A stretch of 64,000 nucleotides of DNA from positions 10,850 to 74,849 of the forward strand of contig JBBISH010000014.1 of the NCBI GenBank assembly GCA_037441385.1, in the 5' to 3' direction. Source of the DNA: Myxococcales bacterium. Its GTDB lineage: Bacteria; Myxococcota_A; UBA9042. The notes below the pieces were generated by a model. The model was not told where the DNA came from, made no database searches, and worked only from the letters and a program-made list of their open reading frames with translations. Below are positions 45,806 to 55,678 of the stretch, piece after piece. Positions within the stretch are counted from its first letter, which is position 1; the number at the start of each line of letters is the position of its first letter. Made by a program: the position numbers and the translations under genes.

Positions 45806-46612
45806 ATGTCAGCCCATCCGCCTGGAATTCCTCCGCTTCTCTCGGCAATCGCAGCCGCGACAGGCGCCGCGCCGCACCCACAGCGCACGTGCACGGCCCC
45901 CTTCGGCGCATTGCCCAAAGTGTCCGAGGCGACCAAGGCGGCACTCGCAAAGGCTGCCCTGTCCGCCAATGACCGATATTTGTATGAGTTTATTGAGGAA
46001 TACTCCTTCTGCCCCTTTGCCCGAGCCGGCCGAGAGGCCGGGCAGACGGTCCGATTCGTGCACTACGCCGAGTCCCTGGACCTTGAGCCCCTGCTGGCTA
46101 TCATGGAGAACGTGGCGCGCGACAAGCAGATTGTCGTCGCACAGCTCATCCTCCCGCTCGTAGAGGCGACGCCAGAGCAGTGGCAACAGTTCTGCGACGA
46201 CCTGACGGCCGTCGGACACGCCCGCCTCGGTGGACCGCCTGTGCTGGCCTTCGCGGCGCTTCATCCGCAACTCAGCTATACCACGGCAAATCCTTGGTCG
46301 ATGATCCCCCTGTTCCGGCGGGCCCCAGACCCGACCCTGCAATGGGCGCGGCTGGAAAGCCTGGAGGAGCTCTACGCCGGCCGCGACACGCAGACCAGAG
46401 TTGTCGACCCCGCAGACGTGCTGGAGTATGTGCGCACGGCGCCCAAGCCAAGGCCGCCGCTCTACTACCGTGTGACGGAAACCAACGCCAAGATGGCGCA
46501 GTTCCTCGGCCTGGAGTCCATCGAGTCCCGGCTCGCGTCGATGGCCACCGAGGCGCAGTCCGCGTACCACCGTTTGCTCATGGCGGATGACACGGAGGTC
46601 GACCATGGCTAA
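45806..46612 (+). CDS. Hypothetical protein (DUF1415-like)
   Basis: FIEEYSFCPFA, AALHP and FRRAPDPTLQ motifs. Confidence 0.6.
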   Translation: MSAHPPGIPPLLSAIAAATGAAPHPQRTCTAPFGALPKVSEATKAALAKAALSANDRYLYEFIEEYSFCPFARAGREAGQTVRFVHYAESLDLEPLLAIMENVARDKQIVVAQLILPLVEATPEQWQQFCDDLTAVGHARLGGPPVLAFAALHPQLSYTTANPWSMIPLFRRAPDPTLQWARLESLEELYAGRDTQTRVVDPADVLEYVRTAPKPRPPLYYRVTETNAKMAQFLGLESIESRLASMATEAQSAYHRLLMADDTEVDHG

Positions 46613-46982
46613 CGGCGATTGGATTGTAGTCACGAACCTCGCACAACTACATGACGATGAACCCATTTCGGCAACCGCCTTGGACATCGACCTGGTCGTC
46701 GTCCAGTCTGGCGGCCAGGTATACGCACTGTACGGCCGCTGCCCACACCGCGGCGGGCTCATGTCCGCCGGTTGCATCGAGGGGGGCAGCCTAGTCTGTA
46801 CCCTGCACGGCTGGGATTTCGACCTGGAGACCGGCGCCAGCGGCCGGGTCCCCGGCGAGACGCTCACGCGGTTCGGCGCAAGGATTGACCAAACCACGGG
46901 CGACGTCCTCGTCAGCCGCGACGAGCTCGAGGCGTGGCGTGTGGACAACCCTCAGGCGTTCCTGCCTGGTGAATTCTTCTAG
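46605..46982 (+). CDS. Rieske [2Fe-2S] ferredoxin
   Basis: CPHRGG...VCTLHGWDFDLETG. Confidence 0.9.
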   Translation: MANGDWIVVTNLAQLHDDEPISATALDIDLVVVQSGGQVYALYGRCPHRGGLMSAGCIEGGSLVCTLHGWDFDLETGASGRVPGETLTRFGARIDQTTGDVLVSRDELEAWRVDNPQAFLPGEFF

Positions 46983-47023
46983 CAATTTCAGCAGTATGCC
47001 ACAAGGATGCCTTGCGGTTGGCG

Positions 47024-48733
47024 CTATTCGTAGGTGATGAGCCAGACGGCGCCCTCGATGTCGCCGCCACCATCCGCCGGTGGCGCCCCGTTGAACTCGC
47101 CCTGGTAGCCCAGCACTGCGGTCGTGCCAGGCGGGGCCGCGGCCGTGACATCGGCGACCCAGGGCTCGACCTGCATCCCTGGGCACCAGCCGCCGCGACC
47201 GAACCACCAAGTTCCTGCCTGGTTCGGCGTCATCCCGGTCGTCATGTTCGGCATGCACTGGTTGTTGGTGCCGGCCATCGGGTGGACCTTGGTGAACTTG
47301 GCAGTCCCCACAGTGAAGACGTGCTGGTGGTTGCAGAATTCGGCGCAGCTCGTCTTTGGATCCTGGCCGTGACCCGTAATCAGCGCCCACAGCTCGACAC
47401 GCTTCGCCGCGGGCGGAATCGCGACCTGCCGGCTGGGATGGGCCGCGCCGTAACCGCTCCCCCAGGCGCCACCCGACCAGAGATACTCGGCCAGCTTTGG
47501 GCGCAACGGCTTGCCGCGGTCCAGAAAACGTAGCTTGATCCAGGTCTTGGTCGGCTGCGGGTTCCAGCTGGGCGCGAAATCCCAGCGAAACACCCGCTTG
47601 CCACCACCCGCCAACAGCGGCGCCAGCGCAGACGCATCGACCCGCCAGTGCGTTTCGCGGTGGTAGCTCGTGATGAAACGCGCGAACTCAATGTTCTTCT
47701 GCTGCTTCTCGTCCCAAACGCCCAAGTGGGCCAAGTAGTCCCACGCGCCGCAGTTGCCCAGCTCGGGCGCCGCATCGTTCGGGCAGCGCTGCTCCACCTC
47801 GACCTGCAGCGTGTCGTACTTGGCCAGCTCCGCGGCGGTGCCCAGATCGACCTCGACCGTCGCGTACTCGGCCAGCGTTTCGCCCTTCCAAAGCTCAACG
47901 TCGTGCCCGACTTCGGCCTCGGCCTGCAGTTCGCGGTCGGCTTCCGCGTTCAGCGCTAGGGCCTCGTTCGCGGCATAGGCCAGGTTCCCCTCCCACGGCC
48001 ACTTGCCGGCGGCCTGCAGGTTCGCCTTCTGCCGCGTCACGTCAGAGAGGTTCCCGAACCCGCGCACGCGCTGAAACCGGTCAATCACAAAGCCAATCTG
48101 ACCATGACCAACGGCCGCTTTGCCAATCCATGAATCCAGATCCTGGCCGCGCGTCGCGACGACGTGCAGGTGGGCCGCCCAGTGGACCTGGGCATCGCCC
48201 TCCAACTTGGCGAGCGCCCCAGCGACCCTGGCCTGCATCGCCTGGATGTGGTCCGTCGCCGCCGCGGCCGATCGCAGCGACAAGAAGAAATAGTGCACAT
48301 TGTCAGGCGATTTCTTGACAAGGGCGTCCAGGTCCTTGGCGCTGTCCCAGAGCGACGCGGAATTCAACTCGGACACAGGGACCAAGTCGGTCACGAAGAC
48401 ATAGACTTCGCAACCCTGGAAGGACTCTTTGAAATTCCAGGTTGTCTCGTCTGCCAATGGCACCGCAAAGTCGGCGGCTCGCTCGTGCCGAAGGAATCCG
48501 TACGGGCCTGCCGCAAAGGGGAGCAACTTCAATCCCCGGTCGGCACAAAACGTGGAGGCCACCGCGTCTGGCCCCAGGTCAGCAAACTCGTCGCCAGGCA
48601 CAGCAACATCCGCCACGGCCACGGCGTCGACCGGCGCCGCGTCTTGCACATCCGCGGAGGTGGCCGAGACCGCCGCCCCACCGCCGCACCCGGCAAGCAC
48701 GGCCGCGATCAACACCAGACAGCGGACCACCAT
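47024..48733 (-). CDS. Lipoprotein with peptide-N-glycosidase F (PNGase F)-like C-terminal domains
   Basis: LAGC lipobox; CGAWDY, EFARFITSY, ITGHG, CAEFCNHQH, NQAGTWWFGRGGWCPG. Confidence 0.8.
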   Translation of the reverse strand: MVVRCLVLIAAVLAGCGGGAAVSATSADVQDAAPVDAVAVADVAVPGDEFADLGPDAVASTFCADRGLKLLPFAAGPYGFLRHERAADFAVPLADETTWNFKESFQGCEVYVFVTDLVPVSELNSASLWDSAKDLDALVKKSPDNVHYFFLSLRSAAAATDHIQAMQARVAGALAKLEGDAQVHWAAHLHVVATRGQDLDSWIGKAAVGHGQIGFVIDRFQRVRGFGNLSDVTRQKANLQAAGKWPWEGNLAYAANEALALNAEADRELQAEAEVGHDVELWKGETLAEYATVEVDLGTAAELAKYDTLQVEVEQRCPNDAAPELGNCGAWDYLAHLGVWDEKQQKNIEFARFITSYHRETHWRVDASALAPLLAGGGKRVFRWDFAPSWNPQPTKTWIKLRFLDRGKPLRPKLAEYLWSGGAWGSGYGAAHPSRQVAIPPAAKRVELWALITGHGQDPKTSCAEFCNHQHVFTVGTAKFTKVHPMAGTNNQCMPNMTTGMTPNQAGTWWFGRGGWCPGMQVEPWVADVTAAAPPGTTAVLGYQGEFNGAPPADGGGDIEGAVWLITYE

Positions 48734-48935
48734 GCAGCACCTCGACTCGTGCGGACGGAGCCGCCGCCCCCGACGCCCGCTCCCGCCTGCCACCATAGCG
48801 GAAGCGGCGCCCCGCGCAAGCCATTCCAGGTGCGCGCTACCCTAGATTCCAGCGACGGGCTAGACTCGCGGCCTGCGCCTCAAGCCCCGACTTGCGGCCG
48901 CAACGCCAGCATTCTGCCGGTACCCCAAAGGCCCC

Positions 48936-49388
48936 ATGACAACTAGCACCCTTGTGTCAGGTCAAGATATTTCTTACGGTTTTTCGCAGCTGGCAGTAGG
49001 TCAGCAGGCAGAGCGCACCTTCGAAGTCAGCGACGCCACCCTGGCGGCCTTCGCGGAGGTCAGCGGCGACCACAACCGCGTGCACTTGGACCAGGAGTAC
49101 GCAGAGCACACGCCGTTCCGCGGGCGCATCGCCCACGGCATGCTCACGGCGGGCTACATCTCGGCCGTCCTGGCGAACCAGCTGCCGGGCAACGGGACGG
49201 TGTACCTCAGCCAAGAGTTGAAGTTCCGCGCGCCGGTCCGACCGGGCGACCGTGTCACGGTCCAGGTCACCGTGCGCGAGCTCCACGCCGACAAACAGCG
49301 CGTCGTCCTGCAGACCCAGGCATTCGTGGGCGACAAGATGGTCGTAGACGGCACCGCCACCGTCTTGCCGCCCGGGGCGCTCAAGTAG
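48936..49388 (+). CDS. MaoC-family (R)-specific enoyl-CoA hydratase
   Basis: FAEVSGDHNRVHLD, RIAHGML, LPGNGTVYLSQELKFRAPV. Confidence 0.9.
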   Translation: MTTSTLVSGQDISYGFSQLAVGQQAERTFEVSDATLAAFAEVSGDHNRVHLDQEYAEHTPFRGRIAHGMLTAGYISAVLANQLPGNGTVYLSQELKFRAPVRPGDRVTVQVTVRELHADKQRVVLQTQAFVGDKMVVDGTATVLPPGALK

Positions 49389-49400
49389 CGACGGCCGCTA

Positions 49401-49439
49401 GCGAACTTGCGCAGTGCGAACTTGCGCAGTGCGACCTTG
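49401..49439. repeat. 15-bp tandem repeat (2.6 copies)
   Basis: GCGAACTTGCGCAGT GCGAACTTGCGCAGT GCGACCTTG. Confidence 0.7.
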
Positions 49440-49500
49440 ACAGCGCTCCAGCCGCGGTGTGGGATGCGCCCAGCCCCACTCACGCGGGCTCAGGTCCACC

Positions 49501-50136
49501 ATGCCCAGTTCCGCCTTGGCGCGCCCTAGCGCCCTCTTGATGACCCTCACCAGCCCGTACGCGCGCAAATGCCGCATGGTCGCTCTTGAAAAAGGCGTCG
49601 ACCTGCCGTGCACCGTCGAGCCGCCGCACGCCCAAGGCAGCCGCGTCGGCACGCTCAACCCGCTGGTCAAAGTCCCCACGCTGCTCCTGGAAGATGGCTC
49701 GTCCGTCTACGACTCGCGGGTCATCATCGAGTACCTGGAGCTTCTTTGGCCCGAGCCCGCCATCGTGCCCCGCGAGCCAGGCGACCGCATCGACGCCCTG
49801 CGCTGGCAGGCCCTGGGCGACGGGCTCGCCGACGCTATGGTCCTCCTTTTCAGCGAAGGACTCCGGCCCGCCGAGCGCCGCGACCCCGACTGGGAGAGCC
49901 GCCAGCGCCACAAAGTTCGAGCGACCCTGGCGCTACTGGACACGATCGCCCGGCCCGAGCAGTACCTGGTCGGAAATCGCCTGACTCTCGCAGACTTGGC
50001 CGCTGTCGCCGGTGTGGGCTACGTTGGGCTCCGCGGGGCCGACCTCCTGGCCGAAGGCTACCCCAACCTCCACGCATGGCTCCGGTGGCTCCACGAGCGC
50101 CCGTCCGTCCGCGACACGGCGCCGCCGCGCAGCTAG
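49501..50136 (+). CDS. Glutathione S-transferase family protein
   Basis: TSPYARK, NPLVKVPTL, YDSRVIIEYL, LTLADLA. Confidence 0.9.
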   Translation: MPSSALARPSALLMTLTSPYARKCRMVALEKGVDLPCTVEPPHAQGSRVGTLNPLVKVPTLLLEDGSSVYDSRVIIEYLELLWPEPAIVPREPGDRIDALRWQALGDGLADAMVLLFSEGLRPAERRDPDWESRQRHKVRATLALLDTIARPEQYLVGNRLTLADLAAVAGVGYVGLRGADLLAEGYPNLHAWLRWLHERPSVRDTAPPRS

Positions 50137-50176
50137 GCCTGCCTTACCGCTTGCCTACTCTGGCGCAGCGCCGAAA

Positions 50177-50406
50177 GCCCTCACCCCCGGCCTGCGGCCG
50201 ACCCCTCTCCCACTGAAGTGGGCGAGGGGTAAAGGGAAATTGCATTGCCCCTCGCCCAAAGCGGAGACTGTTGCAAAGGTATGTTCGCAGAATTCTGATG
50301 CCAATACATTCAATCGGTTGCACGGCGAAAGCACCCGAATTCGACCCTTATGCAACAACCTCAAAGCGTTGGGAGGGGCAGACGCCGAAGGCGGCGGGGT
50401 GAGGGC
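50177..50406. repeat. Inverted pair of REP-like CCCTCACCC/CCCTCTCCC palindromic units
   Basis: GCCCTCACCCCCGG...CCCCTCTCCCACTGAAGTGGGCGAGGGG on the left; GGGAGGGGCAGACGCCGAAGGCGGCGGGGTGAGGGC on the right. Confidence 0.7.
50264..50362. mobile_element. 99-bp MITE with TIRs and 6-bp target duplication
   Basis: AAAGCG|GAGACTGTTGCAAAGGT ... ACCCTTATGCAACAACCTC|AAAGCG; AT-richer than the flanks. Confidence 0.75.
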
Positions 50407-50607
50407 CAAGTGCCAAGGATCGCACAGGTTTCCACCGCATTTACGGCACTAGTAGCCATCCGGTAAGGCAGGCAGCTAGGCAGGTAGGGCCAAGGCGGCG
50501 GTCAGACCGCGACGATTTCGCCCCGACGAACGGCTGCCGGCGCTCGCTTGGCGCCCACCAGAAATCAGGCTAAGGTCCAGCCGTTCCGTCCGTCCACCGG
50601 AGGCGCC

Positions 50608-53600
50608 ATGTCCCGCTCCCCGCTTTGGCTCGTGCTTGTGGCCACTTGCATCGCGGTCACGGCCACCGCAGAGCCCGCGGAAAACCAGGCGCAGGCAGCC
50701 AGGCAGCCCCAAGACCCCCGCCTGGCCGAGGCCGCAGCCCTCATGCAGCAGGCGAGCCAGCTCATTGCCGGCGGGCGGTATGCCGACGCCAAGATCGCGG
50801 CCCAGCAAGCGATCGACCGCATCCAAGCCGCCCTGGGCCGAAATGCCCCGCAACTCGCCGAACCGATGAGTCTCTTGGGCGACGCGATCCGCATGACCGG
50901 CGACGTCGCCAAGGGAGAGGAACTGCAGCGGCAGGCCCTGGCGCTGTACGACAAGGCCGGCGCGCAAGACACGCCCTACTACGGCAGCGTCCTGTACCGC
51001 CTTGCCGACGTGCTCCGGATGCGCGGCAAGTTCGCCGAGGCGCTCAAAGTCCAGGAACAGCTGGGAGCGCTGTACCAAAGGCTCTACGGCGCCCAGGATT
51101 CGGCCGGCCTCGCCGTCTGCCTGAGCGCACAGGCCGAGTTGCAGCGCCTCTTGGGCCACACGGACAAGGCCCTGGAGCTTCACAAGCGCGCGATCGCCAT
51201 GTCCAAGGCGACCCACGGCCCACGCCACGCCTACACTGCCAGCCTGATGCAGGCCGAGGCGACCACCTACGCGACCCGCGGCGAATACCCCAAAGCGGTC
51301 AAGGGCTTCGAGGAGGCCTTGCAGATCCTAGAGGAAGCGCTGGGCCCGGACCACATGTGGGTCGCGCAAGTGGCGCAGAACCTTGGTCTTGAGCTCGTCC
51401 ATACCGGCGACCTGAAGCGCGCTGACCTGCTCTTTGAACGCGCCCTGAAGATCGACCAAGCTACCCTGGGCGCCGAACACCCGTTCGTCGCGGCTGTCCT
51501 AGCCAATCAAGGCGAGGTCGCCCTGCTCCGCCACCGCCTGGACCTCGCCGAAAGCAAGCTCCGCCAAGCGTTCACCATCGCTGAAGCTGCCTATGGCGAG
51601 GAGCATCCCGAGGTCATCGCGGTGGCGGAGCACTACGCGCGCATCCTCCGCGAGACGGGGCGCCACGGCCGGGCCAAGTCGCTGCTGCTGCACACTCTTG
51701 CGCTCCACGAGAAGCTGCAAGGCTCCGACCACCCCGACCTTGCCAACTCGCTCATCCCACTCGCCGAACTCGCCATGGATCAGGGAGAAATCAGCCTGGG
51801 CGAGACCTACGCGGCCCGCGCGCAGCGATTGGTCGAGCAAGCCCACGGCCACCGCCATCCTTTGCTCGTGCCGGTCCTGGACCTGCTGGCCCGCATCGAC
51901 ACCGCCGTCGACGACCGCGAACAACTCATCGCCCGCCGGCAAGCGGCCCTGGTCATTCACCTGGCAAGCAACGGGCCGCACCACCCCAACACCGCCAGCG
52001 CGCAGACCAATCTGGCCGACGCACTCCTCCCGTCTGACGCGACCCAAGCGGTGGCGCTCATGCAGCAGGCCCTGACCACCACCCGCGATATCTTTGGCGA
52101 AGAGCACCTGAACACCGCGACCGCCCGCGGCAACCTGGGAGCGGCGCTGGCCGTTCAAGGCGACCTGCCCCAAGCCGAACGCGAGCTCAAGGCGGCCCTG
52201 GCCCTGGATCAACGCCTGCTGGGTCCCCGCAACGTGCAGGTCGGCGCCGACCTCTACAACCTCGCGATGGCCGACGCCAAGCTCGGTCACCTGACCGCGG
52301 CAGAGAGCCAACTTCGCACCGCCCTGGCCATGGAGGAAGAAGCCATCGGACGCGACAGTCCGGGCCTCCTCGCGAGCCTGTGGCGGCTCGCCGACCTCGT
52401 GGACGCACGCAAGCAATACGCCGAGGGACTGGTTCTCCGCGCGCGCGCCTCGGCCCTGCGCGACCGCGGTCTGGCCGAGCTGCTGTGGACCGGCGACGAG
52501 CAGCGCAAGGTCAGTCTGCTCACCCACGCCGCAGAGGACACGGCCGCCCTGCTCCGCTATGCGGTGATGCTGACTCCGAATGAGCCGCGCGCCAGCGAGT
52601 TGGCCCTCCAAGCGGTGCTGCGCAGGCACGGGCGCACGGTCGATGCTCTGGCCAACACCCTGGCAACGCTGCGGCAACGGCTTGGCAGCGACGACCGGAA
52701 AATCTTGGATACCCTGGCCGAAACGCGGTCACGGCTCTCTGCCTATGCCCTCAAAGGGCCCGGCGACGGCGACGAGAGCGCGTGGCACGCCACGGTGGAC
52801 GCGCTGAAGGGCGAGATCACCAAGACCGAGATGACCTTGGCACAGCACAGCGACGCCTACCGCCGGGGCACGGAGGCCGAGGCGACAGTCGCAGCAGTCC
52901 AGGCGGCTCTGGCTGCCGACGCTGCACTTGTTGAATACGCTGTTTGGACACCCACTTCCGAGGTGGAGCATGGCCGCTGGGAAGAGCAGAAGCTCGCGCC
53001 GCGGCTGGCCGCCTGCGTCCTCCGCGCAACCGGCAAGCCGCGCTGGTTTGATCTGGGCGAACTCGCGGCCGTGGAGAAGGCCACTGGCAACGCGCGCCGA
53101 GCCGTCAACAAGGCCGGAACCGACCCGGCACCGACCCTCAAAGCCCTGTCCGAACAGGTGCTTGCGCCGCTATGGCCTGCTCTAACCGGCGCCAAGAAGC
53201 TCCACATCGCCGGCGACGGTCCGCTGTTGGTGGTGCCCTTCGCGGCGCTGCCAACCCCCGACGGGCGCCCACTCCTCGACGCGGTTCAGGTCGGCTACCT
53301 TGGCTCGGGCCGCGAGCTGCTGCGCCACGAAGCGCCGCCGGCTCCCCGCCAACCGCCGCTGGTCATCGCCAACCCCGACTTTGGACCCAAGCCCCCCGGC
53401 GGCGACGACGAGTCTACGGACTTGCGTTCTCTCGCCGTGGCTGCCCTGCCCGGCACCGCCAACGAGGCCCAGATTGTCGCGAAGTTGTACCCCAAGGCCA
53501 GCGTCCTCACCGGCAGCAGGGCGCGCGAGTCGGCACTCAAAGCCAGCCACGGTCCGCAGTTCGTGCACATCGCTACCCACGGTTTCTTCCAAAGTGCCAA

Positions 53601-54036
53601 CCGCGCCCCAGGCCTGGCGGCCCTCAAGGCGCCGCTGGTTCGGTCGGGCTTGCTGCTCTCGGGTTTCAACCGCCACCCGTCCGGCGCGGACGACGGCGTC
53701 CTGACCGCGTTGGAGGCCGCGTCCCTGGACCTGTACGGCACGCAACTGGCCGTACTCTCTGCGTGCAATACCGGGCTGGGCGACTTGCGCAGCGGCGACG
53801 GCGTCCAGGGGCTGCGGCGAGCGCTCGCCATTGCTGGGGCGCGGACCGTGGTCATGAGCCTGTGGTCCGTGGACGACGCGGCGACGGCCGAGCTGATGAA
53901 GGCCTTCTATGTGGGGCTACAGTCCGGACAATCGCCCGCGACCGCGCTTCAGGCGGCGCAGCGCAGTGTCCAGAAGCAGCCCGCGTGGCAGCACCCGTTC
54001 TATTGGGCGGCGTTCGTAGCCGCTGGTGTGGACTAG
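50608..54036 (+). CDS. TPR (42-aa, kinesin-light-chain type) + CHAT domain protein with signal peptide
   Basis: GGAGG RBS; signal peptide ATA; repeated LG..HP..A...NL; HIATHG and LSACNTG dyad; HPFYWAAF. Confidence 0.92.
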   Translation: MSRSPLWLVLVATCIAVTATAEPAENQAQAARQPQDPRLAEAAALMQQASQLIAGGRYADAKIAAQQAIDRIQAALGRNAPQLAEPMSLLGDAIRMTGDVAKGEELQRQALALYDKAGAQDTPYYGSVLYRLADVLRMRGKFAEALKVQEQLGALYQRLYGAQDSAGLAVCLSAQAELQRLLGHTDKALELHKRAIAMSKATHGPRHAYTASLMQAEATTYATRGEYPKAVKGFEEALQILEEALGPDHMWVAQVAQNLGLELVHTGDLKRADLLFERALKIDQATLGAEHPFVAAVLANQGEVALLRHRLDLAESKLRQAFTIAEAAYGEEHPEVIAVAEHYARILRETGRHGRAKSLLLHTLALHEKLQGSDHPDLANSLIPLAELAMDQGEISLGETYAARAQRLVEQAHGHRHPLLVPVLDLLARIDTAVDDREQLIARRQAALVIHLASNGPHHPNTASAQTNLADALLPSDATQAVALMQQALTTTRDIFGEEHLNTATARGNLGAALAVQGDLPQAERELKAALALDQRLLGPRNVQVGADLYNLAMADAKLGHLTAAESQLRTALAMEEEAIGRDSPGLLASLWRLADLVDARKQYAEGLVLRARASALRDRGLAELLWTGDEQRKVSLLTHAAEDTAALLRYAVMLTPNEPRASELALQAVLRRHGRTVDALANTLATLRQRLGSDDRKILDTLAETRSRLSAYALKGPGDGDESAWHATVDALKGEITKTEMTLAQHSDAYRRGTEAEATVAAVQAALAADAALVEYAVWTPTSEVEHGRWEEQKLAPRLAACVLRATGKPRWFDLGELAAVEKATGNARRAVNKAGTDPAPTLKALSEQVLAPLWPALTGAKKLHIAGDGPLLVVPFAALPTPDGRPLLDAVQVGYLGSGRELLRHEAPPAPRQPPLVIANPDFGPKPPGGDDESTDLRSLAVAALPGTANEAQIVAKLYPKASVLTGSRARESALKASHGPQFVHIATHGFFQSANRAPGLAALKAPLVRSGLLLSGFNRHPSGADDGVLTALEAASLDLYGTQLAVLSACNTGLGDLRSGDGVQGLRRALAIAGARTVVMSLWSVDDAATAELMKAFYVGLQSGQSPATALQAAQRSVQKQPAWQHPFYWAAFVAAGVD

Positions 54037-54049
54037 AAATTCGACCAAC

Positions 54050-54182
54050 TATCTGGAATCCGTCTGAATCGGCTCAAGAGGCTTCGGCAATTCTTCGGGC
54101 TCGAACCGGGGCCCCGTTCGATTCTCGCCAGTTGCAGAACGGATCAGAGGAGCCGTGCAGGCGCGGATCACGTGGGTTGCGG
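54050..54182. mobile_element. Family A repeat, full-length diverged copy
   Basis: GAATCCGTCTGAATCGGCTCAAGAGGCTTCGGCAATTCTTCGGGCTCGAACCGGGG...GATTCTCGCCAGTTGCAGA...TCAGAGGAGCCGTGCAGGCG aligns with 6276-6407. Confidence 0.7.
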
Positions 54183-54183
54183 A

Positions 54184-55071
54184 TCAGAAGGTTGCCGACA
54201 GGACCAACGCCCCCGTCCCCGGCGCCCAGGCCGGCGCGATGGTCCAGGTCGACTGCGGCGCCTGCGGCATCTCGGGCACGTAGAGGCGGCTCTCTTCGCC
54301 CGGCGGCACGTCCAGTTCGCGCAGTCCACGGGCGCGGCGCCAGCGGTTCAGTCGCTGCATTGCATCGTTGCGCCGGCCAATGCCCTCCCCTGCCATAGCC
54401 AAACCCGCCACGGCGCCCAGGACCATGGCGGCTTCCAGCTGCGGCTTGCCGGAAGCTTCGCCGCTCAGGGCGAAGACGGTCGCGCCGCCGCCGGCAATGC
54501 CAAACATAAACCAACCCACCGTGGACAGCCCGCGGCCTGGGACTTCGGGCTGCTCGGGGGCGTCGACCATCAAGTCGTCGAGGCGCGGCTTGGCGCGCTC
54601 GGCTTTGGCGACCGGCGCCGGACCGGACGCGGGCGCTCGCTGGGCCCGGTTCGCCGGCTTGGGCCGCTCGGCTGGATCCGCGTCTGCAGGCAAGGACGCG
54701 GCCCGCGGCGGCTCCAGAGTGGACCTGGGCTGCGGGACCGGTTGGGGAGTGCCTTCGGGCCATTCGTCGGCCGATGTGATGTCATAGTAGGGGTAGCGCC
54801 GCTCTTGGCCGTCGATAAGGAGCACGTAGCCCGACGGCGCGCGCAAGACCAGACGCCCTTCGACCTTTGAGCCGTTCGCCAAGGTCAAGCGCACCAGCAG
54901 CGTGGGCGCGGCCAGGCAGGTCGGCGCGGCCCCAAGCGTGGCGACCGCCGGCACAACGGCGAGCGATGCCAGTTGCACGGCGGCCACACCGCGGAGAGCC
55001 CAGTCGCGAATCCAACCGCGGCGGCCAAAAGTCCGCGAGTTTTCGTGCACATATGCAACCATGGCAGGCAC
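54184..55071 (-). CDS. Hypothetical exported/membrane protein (start uncertain)
   Basis: Hydrophobic leader, LTLANGSKVEGRLV small beta domain, Pro-rich linker, two TM-like segments and a C-terminal LVLSATF strand. Confidence 0.6.
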   Translation of the reverse strand: MPAMVAYVHENSRTFGRRGWIRDWALRGVAAVQLASLAVVPAVATLGAAPTCLAAPTLLVRLTLANGSKVEGRLVLRAPSGYVLLIDGQERRYPYYDITSADEWPEGTPQPVPQPRSTLEPPRAASLPADADPAERPKPANRAQRAPASGPAPVAKAERAKPRLDDLMVDAPEQPEVPGRGLSTVGWFMFGIAGGGATVFALSGEASGKPQLEAAMVLGAVAGLAMAGEGIGRRNDAMQRLNRWRRARGLRELDVPPGEESRLYVPEMPQAPQSTWTIAPAWAPGTGALVLSATF

Positions 55072-55678
55072 TCCGCGACCGCTCCGGCGGCAAGGGATGG
55101 CGACACTTGAGATAAGCCTACGCCCGGTCTACGGCCGCCACAAGCTCGCCGTGCTCCCCGGCAGCCTATCCATCCAGGTCTCCACGCCACCGGACTTGCG
55201 CATCGAAAAGACTCGGCGTACCGTGGCAACGAACAGCCCGTAGTCGGGGCAGGCCAAGGAGCCGGCCGTGCCAACTCCCCGAGCGCCGCACCCACCGGTG
55301 CCGCCCACCGCACTCAACCCCTGTGCAGAGCCATCGCCGCGCAGCCCCACAAGCTCGGCTTGGCCGGGGTCGCCCAACCCTGCACGCCAACTCGGTCAGG
55401 CCGCGGGGGCGAGCCGAAGCGACGGTACACGCGCAATTCGGCGGATCCTGGCTGGGATCTGGGCCCGACCGCGCGCCCGTTTCGGGCTCGTGCAAAATCG
55501 AGTCGATTTTGGCGGGCTCTTTCCCTCTGCTGGGTGGGTCGCACCCCAAGTAACTAGGGGTGCGCGCCCCCGCCGGGACCAGCTCGCGAGACATGCTCGC
55601 GCCCTTCGGGATCGCTGGACAGAGCACCGCTCCGCGCGCACGCGAACCATCGAGTTGTTCTTGCACGGGCCCTTCGGC

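Noticed and set aside
45673..54182. Composite transposon or foreign island between two oppositely oriented family A copies
   Set aside because: The copies are of different ages, there is no shared TSD or transposase, and an apparent shift toward CTC/GTC codons cannot be quantified by eye.
55090..55670. Structured ncRNA or additional repeat in a long intergenic region
   Set aside because: Only short palindromes (e.g. AAAATCGAGTCGATTTT) were seen; no second copy or known RNA motif was recognised.
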